The notes below the pieces were generated by a model. It saw only the letters and a program-made list of their open reading frames with translations. It searched no databases and was not told the origin of the DNA. This document shows, in pieces, positions 28,795 to 39,102 of a DNA stretch of 64,000 nt. This DNA is from Gammaproteobacteria bacterium (GTDB lineage: Bacteria > Pseudomonadota > Gammaproteobacteria > JAJPIJ01), in contig JAWLAN010000014.1 in assembly GCA_041395385.1 (NCBI GenBank), forward strand, positions 54,189 through 118,188. Reading direction: 5' to 3'. The position numbers and the translations under genes were made by a program. Positions within the stretch are counted from its first letter, which is position 1. Each line of letters begins with the position of its first letter.

Positions 28795-29553
28795 TCAGGC
28801 CGTCACGACACGCGTGTGGGATTGCGCGAATCTCCGCGACAGCTTTCGCGGAATGGCGCCGTCGGTGACGAGCAGATCGACCGCCTCGGCGTCGCAGACC
28901 TTGACCGGGGCGCGGGTGCCGAACTTGGAACGATCCGCGACCACGATGACCTCGCTGGCCTGTTCGATGACCGCGCGCGAGAACTCGCCCTCGCAGAGAT
29001 GGTAGTCCATGAACACGCCGGCCTCGTTGATCGCGCCGATGGAGAGTATCGCGTAATCGACATGGAAGCGCCGCACGAAATCCTGCGCCGCCTGCCCGAA
29101 GGCGGCGCCGTCATCGGCGCGCAACTCGCCGCCGGCCATGTAGACGCGATTGCCGTTGCGGCTGGCGAGCGTGCGCGCAATCTCCACCGAGTTGGTGATG
29201 ATGACCAGATTGGAGTGATTGGCGAGCCCGAGCGCGGTGTAGGCGGTGGTCGAGCCGGTGTCCAGCATGAGGGAGTCCCCGTCCTTGATCCGCGCGGCCA
29301 CCGCCGCGGCAATCCGTTGCTTGGCCTCGCGATGCTCCTGCATACGCCGCTGGAATGGCGGCTCCTTCAGCCGATCGGGCAGCACGATGCCGCCGTGGAC
29401 CTTCCTGACCAGGCCGCTGCTGACGAGCGGCTTGACGGTGCGCCGGATGGTTTCCTCCGACACCCCGAAGCGGGCCGCAAGCTCGCCGATGCTGCAGGAG
29501 CCCTGCAGACGCACGGCGTGAAGTATCTCGGACTCCCGACGTGTCGAGAACAT
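28795..29553 (-). CDS. DeoR/GlpR family transcriptional regulator
   Basis: Starts at internal M30: 'MFSTRRESEILHAVRLQGSCSIGELAARFGVSEETIRRTVKPL', with a C-terminal sugar-binding-like domain. Confidence 0.85.
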   Translation of the reverse strand: MFSTRRESEILHAVRLQGSCSIGELAARFGVSEETIRRTVKPLVSSGLVRKVHGGIVLPDRLKEPPFQRRMQEHREAKQRIAAAVAARIKDGDSLMLDTGSTTAYTALGLANHSNLVIITNSVEIARTLASRNGNRVYMAGGELRADDGAAFGQAAQDFVRRFHVDYAILSIGAINEAGVFMDYHLCEGEFSRAVIEQASEVIVVADRSKFGTRAPVKVCDAEAVDLLVTDGAIPRKLSRRFAQSHTRVVTA

Positions 29554-29621
29554 GGACGCGATCGCCTGTACGGCCGGTGTCGCCCGGCTCAATCGGTTGA
29601 GTTCGATGAGCTTAGTTACGA

Positions 29622-29683
29622 ATCCCACACAAAGCAACAAAGCATGATCGTTTCGTGTGGGTTTTATTGACTGTATGTGGGAT
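29622..29683. promoter_or_regulatory. three copies of an ATCCCACA/TGTGGGNT motif in the divergent deoR / ABC-transporter promoter region
   Basis: 'atcccaca' at 29622-29629, 'tgtgggtt' at 29656-29663 and 'tgtgggat' at 29676-29683. This is a candidate DeoR operator. Confidence 0.35.
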
Positions 29684-29833
29684 CAGGAGGAAGATGACGC
29701 GGAACGGGCCCCCGGGAAGATTGCGCACGAAGATCGCGCCGCACAAATCCGGATCCTGCTACCTTCAGGCGGGGCTATGCTGTTTTTGCGGGCAGTTCCG
29801 CGGTTACACGAACCAACAGAGGAGGCGTGTCCG

Positions 29834-30784
29834 ATGAAAACACAGCGGCGCAGATTGATCGGCGGCATGTTGCTGGGGCTGGCGTGCGGGCTCTGCGGCA
29901 GTGCACAAGCCGCCGAGTCGCAGGACCCCATCAAGCTGACCATACATGACTGGACCGGCCAGTACGTCACCACGCACATCATGGGCGAGGTGCTGAAGTC
30001 GATGGGCTACAACGTGGAGTACGTGCAGGCCGACTACCTCGCGCAGTTCAGCGGCCTGGAGTCCGGGGACCTGACGATCGCCATGGAGATCTGGCAGACC
30101 ACGGGCAAGGAGGCGATGGATGCCTCGCTCGCCACGGGCAAGACGATGGATCTCGGTGAGACGGGCATGGAGGCGAAGGAGGAGTGGTGGTTCCCCGCCT
30201 ACATGAAGGAGAAGTGCCCGGGGCTGCCGAACTGGGAGGCGCTGAAGCAGTGCGGGGAGGCGTTCGCCACCCCGGAAACCGCGCCCAAGGGCCGTTATCT
30301 CGGCGGGCCGGTCACCTGGGGCGGTTTCGACGAGGAGCGCGTCGAGGCGCTGGAGCTGCCCTTCGAGGTCGTGCACGCCGGCACCGATGCGGCGATGTTC
30401 GCGGAGCTGGAGTCCGCCTATCAGCGCCAGGCGCCCATCATGCTCTGGATCTACACGCCGCACTGGGCGCCGATCAAGTACGAAGGCGAGTGGGTTGCGT
30501 TCCCCGAGTACGAGGACGCCTGCTACACCGACCCGGCCTGGGGCATCAATCCCGGCAAGACCCATGACTGCGGCAAGCCGCACGGCTGGATCAAGAAGGT
30601 CGCCTGGAAGGGCGGAGAGGAGAAGTGGCCCATGGCGTACGCCGCCGTGCGCAACTTCCGGATCGACAACATGACGATGGGCGGGCTGATCGCCAAGATC
30701 GATCTCGAGGGCGCCAAGCTCGAGGACGTCGTCGCGGAGTGGATGAAGAACAACGAGGCCACCTGGAAGGCATGGACGCAATAA
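29834..30784 (+). CDS. glycine betaine/choline ABC transporter substrate-binding protein (ProX/OpuAC-like)
   Basis: Starts at 'MKTQRRRLIGGMLLGLACGLCGSAQA' after GGAGG. 'IKLTIHDWTGQ' and 'IAMEIWQ' also fit this family. Confidence 0.85.
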   Translation: MKTQRRRLIGGMLLGLACGLCGSAQAAESQDPIKLTIHDWTGQYVTTHIMGEVLKSMGYNVEYVQADYLAQFSGLESGDLTIAMEIWQTTGKEAMDASLATGKTMDLGETGMEAKEEWWFPAYMKEKCPGLPNWEALKQCGEAFATPETAPKGRYLGGPVTWGGFDEERVEALELPFEVVHAGTDAAMFAELESAYQRQAPIMLWIYTPHWAPIKYEGEWVAFPEYEDACYTDPAWGINPGKTHDCGKPHGWIKKVAWKGGEEKWPMAYAAVRNFRIDNMTMGGLIAKIDLEGAKLEDVVAEWMKNNEATWKAWTQ

Positions 30785-30869
30785 AGCCTAGCGAGTGCCG
30801 ATGAGCGACGGACCGCGGGCCGTTCCTCCCGCGGTCCGTTGAACCCTCGAGAAACGGTCCGCAGGAGCC

Positions 30870-31955
30870 ATGGCAGATCCCGCTACCAGTGACGCGGACC
30901 ACCCGGTGCGCGGCACGCGCGCCATCAAGCTCGCCTGCCGCGGTCTCTGGAAGGTCTTCGGGACGAGTGCCGAGCGTTTCCAGCAGATGTTCCCGGGCGC
31001 GCCGTCGGCGGCCGACCTGCACGAGGCGGGCCTGATCGCCGCGGTCCGCAACGCCGAGTTTGCCATCCACGAAGGCGAGATCTTCGTCATCATGGGCCTG
31101 TCGGGCTCCGGCAAGTCCACCCTGGTGCGCTGTCTGTCCCGGCTGGTGGAGCCCTCGGCGGGACAGGTGCTGTTCGACGGCAGGGACCTGCTGAAGGCGA
31201 CCGAGCGGGAGTTGATCGACATCCGGCGCCACAAGATGGGGATGGTGTTTCAGAACTTCGCCCTGCTGCCGCACCTGACCGTCCTCGGCAACGTCGCCTT
31301 TCCGCTGGAGGTGCAGGGCGCGCAGCGGCAGGCGCGCGAGGCGCGCGCTCGCGAGATGATCGAGCTGGTGGGGCTTAAGGGCCGGGAATCCTGCTATCCC
31401 CGCGAGCTCTCCGGTGGGCAGCAGCAGCGCGTCGGGATCGCGCGTTCGCTGGCGGTGAAGCCGGACATCTGGTTCCTGGACGAGCCCTTCTCCGCCCTGG
31501 ATCCGCTGATCCGCCGGGAGATGCAGGACGAGTTCCTGCGGATCCAGAGCGTCCTGAAGAAGACCATCGCGTTCATCACCCACGATTTCGACGAGGCCAT
31601 CCGGCTCGCCGATCGCATCGCGATCATGAAGGACGGCGAGATCATCCAGATCGGCACGCCCGAGCAGCTGATCACGCATCCGGCGACCACGTACGTCTCC
31701 GAGTTCACGCGCGACATCCCGCGCGCGAAGGTCCTGAGCGTGCGGGCGCTGATGCGCGCCCCCGGCGAGCAGGTGGCGTATGCCGGGCAGGTGCGGGCGG
31801 ACGCGCGGATCGCGGCGGTGGCCAGGCAGATCGTCGAGAGCCCGCAGCCTCACGCCGTCGTCGACGGGAGCTCCGCCATCGTCGGGATGATCGATCGCCA
31901 GCAGGTGATCGATCTGCTGGTGCGGCAGGACGGCGGCCAGGAGCGGCCGAAGTGA
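30870..31955 (+). CDS. glycine betaine/proline ABC transporter ATP-binding protein with CBS tail (ProV-like)
   Basis: Walker A 'GLSGSGKST', signature 'LSGGQQQRVGIARS' and Walker B 'IWFLDEPFSALD'. Confidence 0.9.
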   Translation: MADPATSDADHPVRGTRAIKLACRGLWKVFGTSAERFQQMFPGAPSAADLHEAGLIAAVRNAEFAIHEGEIFVIMGLSGSGKSTLVRCLSRLVEPSAGQVLFDGRDLLKATERELIDIRRHKMGMVFQNFALLPHLTVLGNVAFPLEVQGAQRQAREARAREMIELVGLKGRESCYPRELSGGQQQRVGIARSLAVKPDIWFLDEPFSALDPLIRREMQDEFLRIQSVLKKTIAFITHDFDEAIRLADRIAIMKDGEIIQIGTPEQLITHPATTYVSEFTRDIPRAKVLSVRALMRAPGEQVAYAGQVRADARIAAVARQIVESPQPHAVVDGSSAIVGMIDRQQVIDLLVRQDGGQERPK

Positions 31956-33960
31956 CCGCCAGCACTGTCGCGGCATTACGCGCGGAGGCGGCGGCGCCGC
32001 GCTCGGCCGTGCCGTGGGTCTGGGCCGCCATCGCGGCGCTGGCGGTGTGCCTCTACCTCGGCCGCGCCGCGGTGCCCTGGGCGGTGACGTTCCCGGAGGA
32101 GTGGACACTGCCCGCGCAGGGCTGGGTGAGCCGTTTCGTGAAGTGGCTGTACGAGGACGCCAGCCTCGGCCTGTTCACCTTCCAGCAGCTCACGCGCGGC
32201 GTCTCCTGGGTGCTGCAATGGCCGCTGGAGGCCGCCAAGAGCCTGCTGTCCGCCGGTTTCGTGCGCGGCGTGGGCCAGCAGGCCGTGCTCATCTGGCCGC
32301 CGTTGCCGTGGGCGGGGGTGATCGGCGTGGTCACGGTGATGTCCCTCTACGCCCGCGACTGGCGCCTGGCGCTGCTGGTGTGCGGCTGCTTCCTCTACAT
32401 CGCCATCTTCGGGCAGTGGGACAGCGCGATGGTCACGCTGTCGTCGATCGTCATCGCCGTGCCGCTCGGCGTGGCCGGCGGGCTGCTGCTCGGAATCCTC
32501 GCCTTTCGGCACCCCAGTTTCGAGCGCGCCATCACGCCGCTCATGGACCTGATGCAGACGGTGCCCGTGTTCGCCTACCTGGTGCCGATCCTGGTGCTTT
32601 TCGGCTTCAACCCGGTGGCGGCGATGATCGCGACCATCATCTACGCGCTGCCGCCGATGGTGCGCAATACCATTCTCGCGCTGCGTCGCGTGCCCACCGA
32701 GATCGTCGAGTTCGGACGCATGGCCGGCTGCTCGCGCAGGCAGCTGACCTGGCGGGTGATGGTCCCGGCCGCGCGCAACGGGCTGATGATCGGCGTCAAC
32801 CAGGTCATCATGCTGTCGCTCAACATGGTCATCATCGCCTCGATGATCGGCGCCGGCGGGCTGGGGCGCGATGTCCTGAGCGCGCTGCGCAGCCTGAACT
32901 TCGGCGCCGGGCTGGAGGCGAGCATCGCCATCACGCTGCCGCGATCGCGCTGGATCGGCTGAGCCAGGCCTACGCGGCCTGGCCGCCTCGGCGCATCCGC
33001 CGGGCGAGTCCCGCCGCGGATGGCGCCGCCACCTGTATCTCGCTCGCCGCGACCGCGGTGGTCGCGAGCTGGCTGCTCGGCTGGCTGGTCCCCGCCGTGC
33101 AGCAGTATCCCGAGGACCTTCAGATCACCACCGGCCCGCTCATCAACGAGACGATGAAGTGGCTTAACGTCAACTTCTTCGACTACATCGAGGCGCTGAA
33201 GTCCTGGGTGCTGCTCAATCTCATGGTGCCGATCAAGCGCCTGTTCGTCGCGCTGCCGTGGCTCGCGGTGGTTGCCGCGCTGGCGTACGCCGGCTGGCGC
33301 CTGGGGCGCTGGAGGCTCGCGCTGCTCGTGGCCGCGCTGGCGGGCTTCATCGCCGTGACCGGGCAGTGGGAGAAGGCGATGCAGACACTCTATCTCTGCG
33401 GACTGGCCACACTCCTCGCCTGCGCCCTCGGCATCCCCATCGGCATCCTCGCCGCCCGCCACGAACGGCTCAATCGCGTGGTGCAGGTGATCATCGATAC
33501 GCTGCAGACCCTGCCGGCGTTCGCCTACCTGATGCCCGTGGTGATGCTGTTCCGCGTCGGGGACTTCACCGCGATGCTGGCGGTGGTCGCCTATGCCATC
33601 GTCTTCCCCGTCCGCTACACCATCTTCGGCATCCGGCAGATCGATCCGGCGCTCGTCGAGGCGGCCGTCGCCTCCGGCTGCACGCGCAGGCAGCTGCTCT
33701 GGAAGGTCCAGCTGCCCCTGGCGATCCCGGAGATCATGCTCGGGGTGAACCAGACGATACTGATGGCGCTCAGCATGCTGGTGATCACGGCGCTGGTAGG
33801 GACGCGCGAGCTCGGGCAGGAGGTCTACATCGCGCTCGCCAAGGCCGACGTGGGCCGCGGCGTCATCGCCGGCATCTGCATCGCCTTCATGGCCATCATC
33901 GCCGACCGCCTGATCCAGCCGTGGGTCGCGGCGCGCAAGCAGCGGCTCGGCATCGCGTAG
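31952..33960 (+). pseudogene. fused two-domain ABC betaine permease (ProW-ProW), reading frame broken by an apparent 1-nt deletion near 32936-32942
   Basis: Domain 1 is in ORF 31952..32962 ('LMQTVPVFAYLVPILVLFG'). Domain 2 is in the -1 frame ORF ending at 33960 ('LQTLPAFAYLMPVVMLF'). Adding one G restores 'GLEASIAITLAAIALDRLSQAY' across the junction ('acgctgccgcgatcgcg'). Confidence 0.65.
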
Positions 33961-33969
33961 CTCGCTGCC

Positions 33970-34857
33970 ATGGACCAGGCCAGACAGAGGGCGATGCGAC
34001 TGGGCTGCTGGCGGATGCCCGTCGATCCGATGCCGCTCGCCGGCGGGATCACCAACACCAACTTCCTGGTCGAACACGGCGGCGAGCGCTTCGTAGTCCG
34101 CGTCGGCGACGACATACCGGTGCACGGCGTGTCGCGCGCCAACGAGCTGGCCGCCGCCAGGGCGGCGTGCGCGGCGGGGATATCGCCCGAGATCGTGCAC
34201 GCCGAGGCGGGAGCGCTCGTCATGCGCTACATCGAGGGCACGACGCTGACGCCGGAGATGGTGCGCCAGGACGCCGTGCTGCAGCGGATCGTCCCGACGA
34301 TACAGCGCTGCCATCGGGACATTCCGAAGTACTTCCGCGGTCCGGCGGCGATGTTCTGGGTGTTCCAGGTGTTGCGCGACTACGCCATGACGCTGCGGGA
34401 TCGGAACAGTCGCATGGGGCCGGAGCTGCCGCGCCTCGCCCGGATCGCCGAGCAGCTCGAGAGCGCCGTGGGCCCCGTCACCATCGTGTTCGGCCACAAC
34501 GATCTGCTCGCCGCCAACTTCATCGACGACGGCGCCAGGATGTGGCTGGTCGACTGGGACTACGGCGGCTTCAACAGCCCGCTGTTCGATCTCGGCGGCC
34601 TGGCCTCCAACAACGGGCTCGCCCCGGAGCAGGACGAGTGGCTGCTGGAAGCCTACTTCGAGCAGGCGCCGACGGAGGATCTGCGCAGGCGCTACGCGGC
34701 GATGAAGTGCGCCTCGCTGCTGCGCGAGAGCATGTGGAGCATGGTCTCGGAGATCTACTCGACACTCGAATTCGACTACGTCGCCTACACGACCGAGAAC
34801 CTGCAGCGGTTCGAGCGTGCCTGGGCGGAGTTTCAACGGCGGTTCGGAAGACCATAG
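33970..34857 (+). CDS. choline/ethanolamine kinase family phosphotransferase (APH fold)
   Basis: Motifs include 'GGITNTNFLV', the Brenner-like 'FGHNDLLAANFI' and 'LVDWDYGGFNSPLFDLG'. Confidence 0.75.
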   Translation: MDQARQRAMRLGCWRMPVDPMPLAGGITNTNFLVEHGGERFVVRVGDDIPVHGVSRANELAAARAACAAGISPEIVHAEAGALVMRYIEGTTLTPEMVRQDAVLQRIVPTIQRCHRDIPKYFRGPAAMFWVFQVLRDYAMTLRDRNSRMGPELPRLARIAEQLESAVGPVTIVFGHNDLLAANFIDDGARMWLVDWDYGGFNSPLFDLGGLASNNGLAPEQDEWLLEAYFEQAPTEDLRRRYAAMKCASLLRESMWSMVSEIYSTLEFDYVAYTTENLQRFERAWAEFQRRFGRP

Positions 34858-34872
34858 AGGCTGGCGCAGAAC

Positions 34873-37311
34873 ATGACGCTCCCCAGCAGCACGCGCGTTG
34901 TCATCGTCGGCGGAGGCATCATCGGTTGCTCCGTGGCCTACAACCTGGCACGACTCGGCTGGAAGGACGTCGTCCTCCTGGAGCGGCTGAAGCTGGCGGG
35001 CGGAACCAGCTTTCACGCCGCCGGCCTGGTCGGACAGCTGCGGACGTCCGCCAGCATCACGCAGCTGCTCGGGCACTCGGTGGCGCTCTACAAGACCCTG
35101 GAGGCGGAGACCGGCCAGGCGACCGGCTGGAAGATGAACGGGGGGCTGCGCCTGGCCTGCACCGAGGCGCGCATGACGGAGCTCAGGCGACAGGCGACCA
35201 CGGCCCGGAGCTTCGGACTGGAGATGCACCTGCTGACGCCGACGGAGGCGAAGGCGCTGTGGCCGCTGATGGAGATCGACGACGTGGTGGGCGCGGCGTT
35301 CCTCCCCACCGACGGGCAGGCCAGTCCGGCGGACATCACGCAGGCGCTGGCGATCGGCGCGCGCCGGGGCGGCGTGACGATCATCGAGGGATGCAGGGTG
35401 ACGGGTGTGGAGACCGCGGGCGGGCGGGTCGCCGCGGTGACGACCTCCATGGGCCGGATCGCCTGCGAGGTGCTGGTCAACTGCTGCGGCCAGTGGGCGC
35501 GGGAGTTCGGCCGGCTCGCCGGCGTCAACGTGCCGCTGGTCTCGGTGCAGCACCAGTACGTGATCACCGATCCCATCGACGGCGTGGCGTCGACGTTGCC
35601 CACGCTGCGCGATCCGGATCGGCTGACTTACTACAAGGAGGAGGTCGGCGGGCTGGTGATGGGCGGCTACGAGCCCGACCCCCTCCCGCACGACGCGAGC
35701 AAGGGGCCGCCGCGCGCGTTCCGCCTCCTGGAGCCGAACTGGGCCCACTTCCAGCAGCTGACCGACCTGGCGGTCGGCCGGGTGCCGGCGCTGGAGACCG
35801 CCGGCATCAAGCAGCTGGTGAACGGCGCGGAGAGCTTCACGCCCGACGGCAACTTCATCCTCGGCGAGGCGCCGGAGCTGCGGAACTACTATGTCGCCGC
35901 CGGCTTCAACGCCTTCGGGATCGCCTCGGCCGGCGGCGCCGGCAAGGCGCTCGCAGAGTGGATCGTCGGGGGCGAGGCGCCCTACGACCTGTGGCCCGTG
36001 GACATCCGCCGCTTCGGCCGCCCGCATGGCGACGCCGGATGGCTGCGCAAGCGTACGCTCGAGATGTACGGCAAGCACTACACGGTGGCCTGGCCGCACG
36101 AGGAGCATCGCAGCGGGCGGCCGCTGCGGCGTTCGCCGCTCTACGACCGGTTGCAGGCCGCGGGCGCTTGCTTCGGGGAGAAGCTGGGCTGGGAGCGGCC
36201 GAACTGGTTCGCGCCGCCGGGGCAGACCCCGGAGGACGCCTACGGCTTCGGCCGGCAGAACTGGTTCGCCGCCGTGGGCGAGGAGCACCGCGCCGTGCGC
36301 GAACGCGTGGGGCTTTTCGATCAGTCCTCGTTCGCGAAATTCCTGCTCCTCGGCCGCGACGCCGAGTCCTGCCTCGACTGGATATGCGCCAACGACGTAT
36401 CCGGGGCCCCAGGCTCCCTGACCTACACCCAGATGCTGAACAGCCGCGGCGGCATCGAGTGCGACCTGACCGTGGCGCGACTCGCCGGGGATCGGTACTA
36501 CATCGTGACCGGCACCGGCTTTGCCACGCACGACTACGACTGGATCCGGCGCAACGTCCCGGCCGGCGCGCACGCCGAGCTCGTCGACGTCACCTCGGCG
36601 CACGCCGTGCTCTCGTTGTTCGGGCCGCGCGCGCGCGCGGTGCTCGCGGAACTGTGCGAGGACGACCTCTCCAACGCGGCCTTCCCCTTCGCCACGACCC
36701 GGACGCTGCAGGTCGCGGGCGCGCCGGTCACCGCCCTGCGCGTCACCTACGTCGGCGAGCTGGGATGGGAGCTGCACGTCCCCGTGGAGTTCGCGACGGG
36801 CCTCTACGACGCGCTGATGGCCGCGGGGCGCGCGCACGGCATCGCCAACTGCGGCTACCGCGCGATCGAGAGCCTGCGCCTGGAGAAGGGCTACCGGGCC
36901 TGGGGCGCGGACATCACGCCCGGCACCACGCCGCTGGAGGCGGGTCTCGGCTGGGCGGTGAAGCTCGACGCGGACGTCCCGTTCCTGGGGCGCGAGGCGC
37001 TGGTCGATGCGCGGCGGCGGCCGCTCGCCAAGAGGCTGGCGTGCTTCACGGTCGAGGATCCGGAGGTCGTGCTGCTCGGGCGCGAGACCATATACCGGAA
37101 CGGCGAACGCGTGGGCTGGCTGACCAGCGGCGGATTCGGCTACACGGTGAACGCCAATATCGGCTACGGCTACGTGCGCAACCCCGACGGCGTCGATCGC
37201 GCCTACCTCGAGGGCGGCGACTACGAGCTCGAGGTCGCCACGGCACGGGTGCCCGCCCGGGTGCATCTGCGCCCGCTCTACGACCCGACCATGGAACGCA
37301 TCAGGGCATGA
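34873..37311 (+). CDS. FAD-dependent dimethylglycine/sarcosine dehydrogenase (DAO domain plus GcvT folate-binding domain)
   Basis: 812 aa. 'VVIVGGGIIGCSVAYNLA' is the FAD-binding motif. The C-terminal aminomethyltransferase-like region includes 'GYRAIESLRLEKGY'. Confidence 0.85.
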   Translation: MTLPSSTRVVIVGGGIIGCSVAYNLARLGWKDVVLLERLKLAGGTSFHAAGLVGQLRTSASITQLLGHSVALYKTLEAETGQATGWKMNGGLRLACTEARMTELRRQATTARSFGLEMHLLTPTEAKALWPLMEIDDVVGAAFLPTDGQASPADITQALAIGARRGGVTIIEGCRVTGVETAGGRVAAVTTSMGRIACEVLVNCCGQWAREFGRLAGVNVPLVSVQHQYVITDPIDGVASTLPTLRDPDRLTYYKEEVGGLVMGGYEPDPLPHDASKGPPRAFRLLEPNWAHFQQLTDLAVGRVPALETAGIKQLVNGAESFTPDGNFILGEAPELRNYYVAAGFNAFGIASAGGAGKALAEWIVGGEAPYDLWPVDIRRFGRPHGDAGWLRKRTLEMYGKHYTVAWPHEEHRSGRPLRRSPLYDRLQAAGACFGEKLGWERPNWFAPPGQTPEDAYGFGRQNWFAAVGEEHRAVRERVGLFDQSSFAKFLLLGRDAESCLDWICANDVSGAPGSLTYTQMLNSRGGIECDLTVARLAGDRYYIVTGTGFATHDYDWIRRNVPAGAHAELVDVTSAHAVLSLFGPRARAVLAELCEDDLSNAAFPFATTRTLQVAGAPVTALRVTYVGELGWELHVPVEFATGLYDALMAAGRAHGIANCGYRAIESLRLEKGYRAWGADITPGTTPLEAGLGWAVKLDADVPFLGREALVDARRRPLAKRLACFTVEDPEVVLLGRETIYRNGERVGWLTSGGFGYTVNANIGYGYVRNPDGVDRAYLEGGDYELEVATARVPARVHLRPLYDPTMERIRA

Positions 37312-37345
37312 CGCGCGGCGGCGGGCGGGGAGGACGCGGCGGGCC

Positions 37346-38143
37346 ATGAGGATACTCGTCTGCGTGAAACAGGTCCTGAACCTGGACGACGAGTTCGAGA
37401 TGCGCGGCGACGGCCTCGACGTGGACCGGGACTACTGCGACCGCGATCTGAACGAATGGGATGACTACGCCCTGGAGGAGGCGCTGCGCATCCGGGAGCG
37501 CGCCGGCGGCGACATCGAGGTCGTGGCCGCGACGGTCGGACCGGAGGAGGCGGCCGCGGAGCTGCGCAAGTGCCTGGCGAAAGGCGCGGACCGGGGCGTG
37601 CGGGTGTGGGACGAGTGCCTGCAGGACGGCGACGGCATGATGATCGCCCACGTGCTGGCCGCGATCGTGCGCCGCGAGAAGCCGGAGCTGGTGCTGACCG
37701 GGGTCCAGGGCGCCGATCACGGCGAGGCGCAGACGGGCGTGGCGCTCGCGGCGCTGCTGGGCTGGCCGTGGGCGGCCGTCGTGCGGGCGCTCGAGCTCGG
37801 CGCCGATGCCGGCGAGGCGCTCGTACGGCGCGAGCTCGAGGGCGGCCTCGAGGAGTGCATCCGCATACGCTGCCCGGCCGTGCTGACGATCCAGGTCGGC
37901 ATCAATACGCCGCGCTATGCCTCGCTGCGCGGTATCACGCAGGCGGCCGGCAAGCCCGTGGACACGCCGGCGTTCGGGGAGCTGGCGATCGACGGCGCCG
38001 CGATCGCCGCGGCCCGGGCCTCGCGCGTGCGCCGCATGTACGTGCCGCCGAGGCCGAGCCCGAGCATGATCGAGGGCGATGCCGCCGAGCAGGCCGCGGC
38101 GCTGGCGGCGCTGATCCGGGAGATCCGCGGAGGGCCGCGGTGA
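37346..38143 (+). CDS. etfB: electron transfer flavoprotein subunit beta
   Basis: 'MRILVCVKQV' and 'NEWDDYALEEALRI' are present, with typical EtfB length. Confidence 0.9.
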   Translation: MRILVCVKQVLNLDDEFEMRGDGLDVDRDYCDRDLNEWDDYALEEALRIRERAGGDIEVVAATVGPEEAAAELRKCLAKGADRGVRVWDECLQDGDGMMIAHVLAAIVRREKPELVLTGVQGADHGEAQTGVALAALLGWPWAAVVRALELGADAGEALVRRELEGGLEECIRIRCPAVLTIQVGINTPRYASLRGITQAAGKPVDTPAFGELAIDGAAIAAARASRVRRMYVPPRPSPSMIEGDAAEQAAALAALIREIRGGPR

Positions 38144-39102
38144 GCGCGATCCTCCTCATCGCCGAGCACCGCCGCAACGCCGTGCGGCCGGTGACCCTGG
38201 AACTCGTCTCCGCGGCGCTCGCCGTTCGCGGCGAGCTCGGGGCGCGCGTGGAGGTCGCGATCATCGGCGCGCAGCCCGACGCCCTGGCGCCGGCGCTGGG
38301 CCTGGAGGGCGTCGACGAGCTGCTCCTCGTGCCGGCCCCGACCGGCGAGTTCCAGCCGGAGTGCTACGCCACGGTCGCCCAGGCGCTGATCGCGGCGCGC
38401 AGGCCGCGCCTGGTGCTGATCCCGCACAGCGTCGACGGGATCAGCTACGCACCGGCCGTCGCGGCGACCGGGGGCCATGGCTACGCGAGCGACGTCTCTG
38501 CCTTGCGCTGCGTAGGCGGGGCGATCGTCGCGACGCGATCGGCGTACCGGGAGAAGGTGCGCGTGGAGCTGGATTTCCCGGGCAGGCGGACGGTGGTGCT
38601 CACGGTGCGACCGGGAAGCTTCCCCGCGGCGGGCCGGGCCGGCGGCGTGCCGGTGACGACCCTCGCGCCAGCCGGCGGGCCGCTCAACAGCGAGCACCGC
38701 GGCTACATCGAGCCGGAGCCCGGGGGCGATGTCGACGTCAGCGCCGCGGAGTTTCTCGTCGCGGTGGGCCGGGGCATCGGCGACCGGGAGACGACCGAGG
38801 AGGTCTCGAAGCTGGCCGAGCGGATGGGCGCGACGCTCGCCTGCTCGCGGCCGATCGTGGATGCGGGCTGGCTGCCGAAGTCCAGGCAGATCGGGCAATC
38901 CGGCCGCACCGCGACGAACTGCAAGCTGTACCTCGCGCTCGGCATCTCGGGGGCGGTCCAGCACCTGGCCGGAATGAAGCACGTCGAGACCGTCATCGCC
39001 GTCAACAAGGATCCGGATGCGGCGATCTTCAGCGTGGCGAAGTTCGGCGTGGTGGGCGACGTCGCCGAGCTCGTCGCGGAACTGCGCGCGCTGTACCCCT
39101 AG
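38140..39102 (+). CDS. etfA: electron transfer flavoprotein subunit alpha
   Basis: The GTG start overlaps the etfB stop (GTGA). Motifs include 'VAVGRGIG', 'LACSRPIVDAGW' and 'QIGQSGRTATNCKLYLALGISGAVQH'. Confidence 0.9.
   Translation: MSAILLIAEHRRNAVRPVTLELVSAALAVRGELGARVEVAIIGAQPDALAPALGLEGVDELLLVPAPTGEFQPECYATVAQALIAARRPRLVLIPHSVDGISYAPAVAATGGHGYASDVSALRCVGGAIVATRSAYREKVRVELDFPGRRTVVLTVRPGSFPAAGRAGGVPVTTLAPAGGPLNSEHRGYIEPEPGGDVDVSAAEFLVAVGRGIGDRETTEEVSKLAERMGATLACSRPIVDAGWLPKSRQIGQSGRTATNCKLYLALGISGAVQHLAGMKHVETVIAVNKDPDAAIFSVAKFGVVGDVAELVAELRALYP

Noticed and set aside
32641-37347. 1568-aa minus-strand ORF, with a 1363-aa plus-strand companion at 33258..37349
   Set aside because: It is antisense or out of frame to clearly recognisable genes (ProW permease, choline kinase, DMG dehydrogenase). 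The composition is dominated by R/G/A/P/H with no motifs. This is a typical shadow ORF of high-GC DNA.
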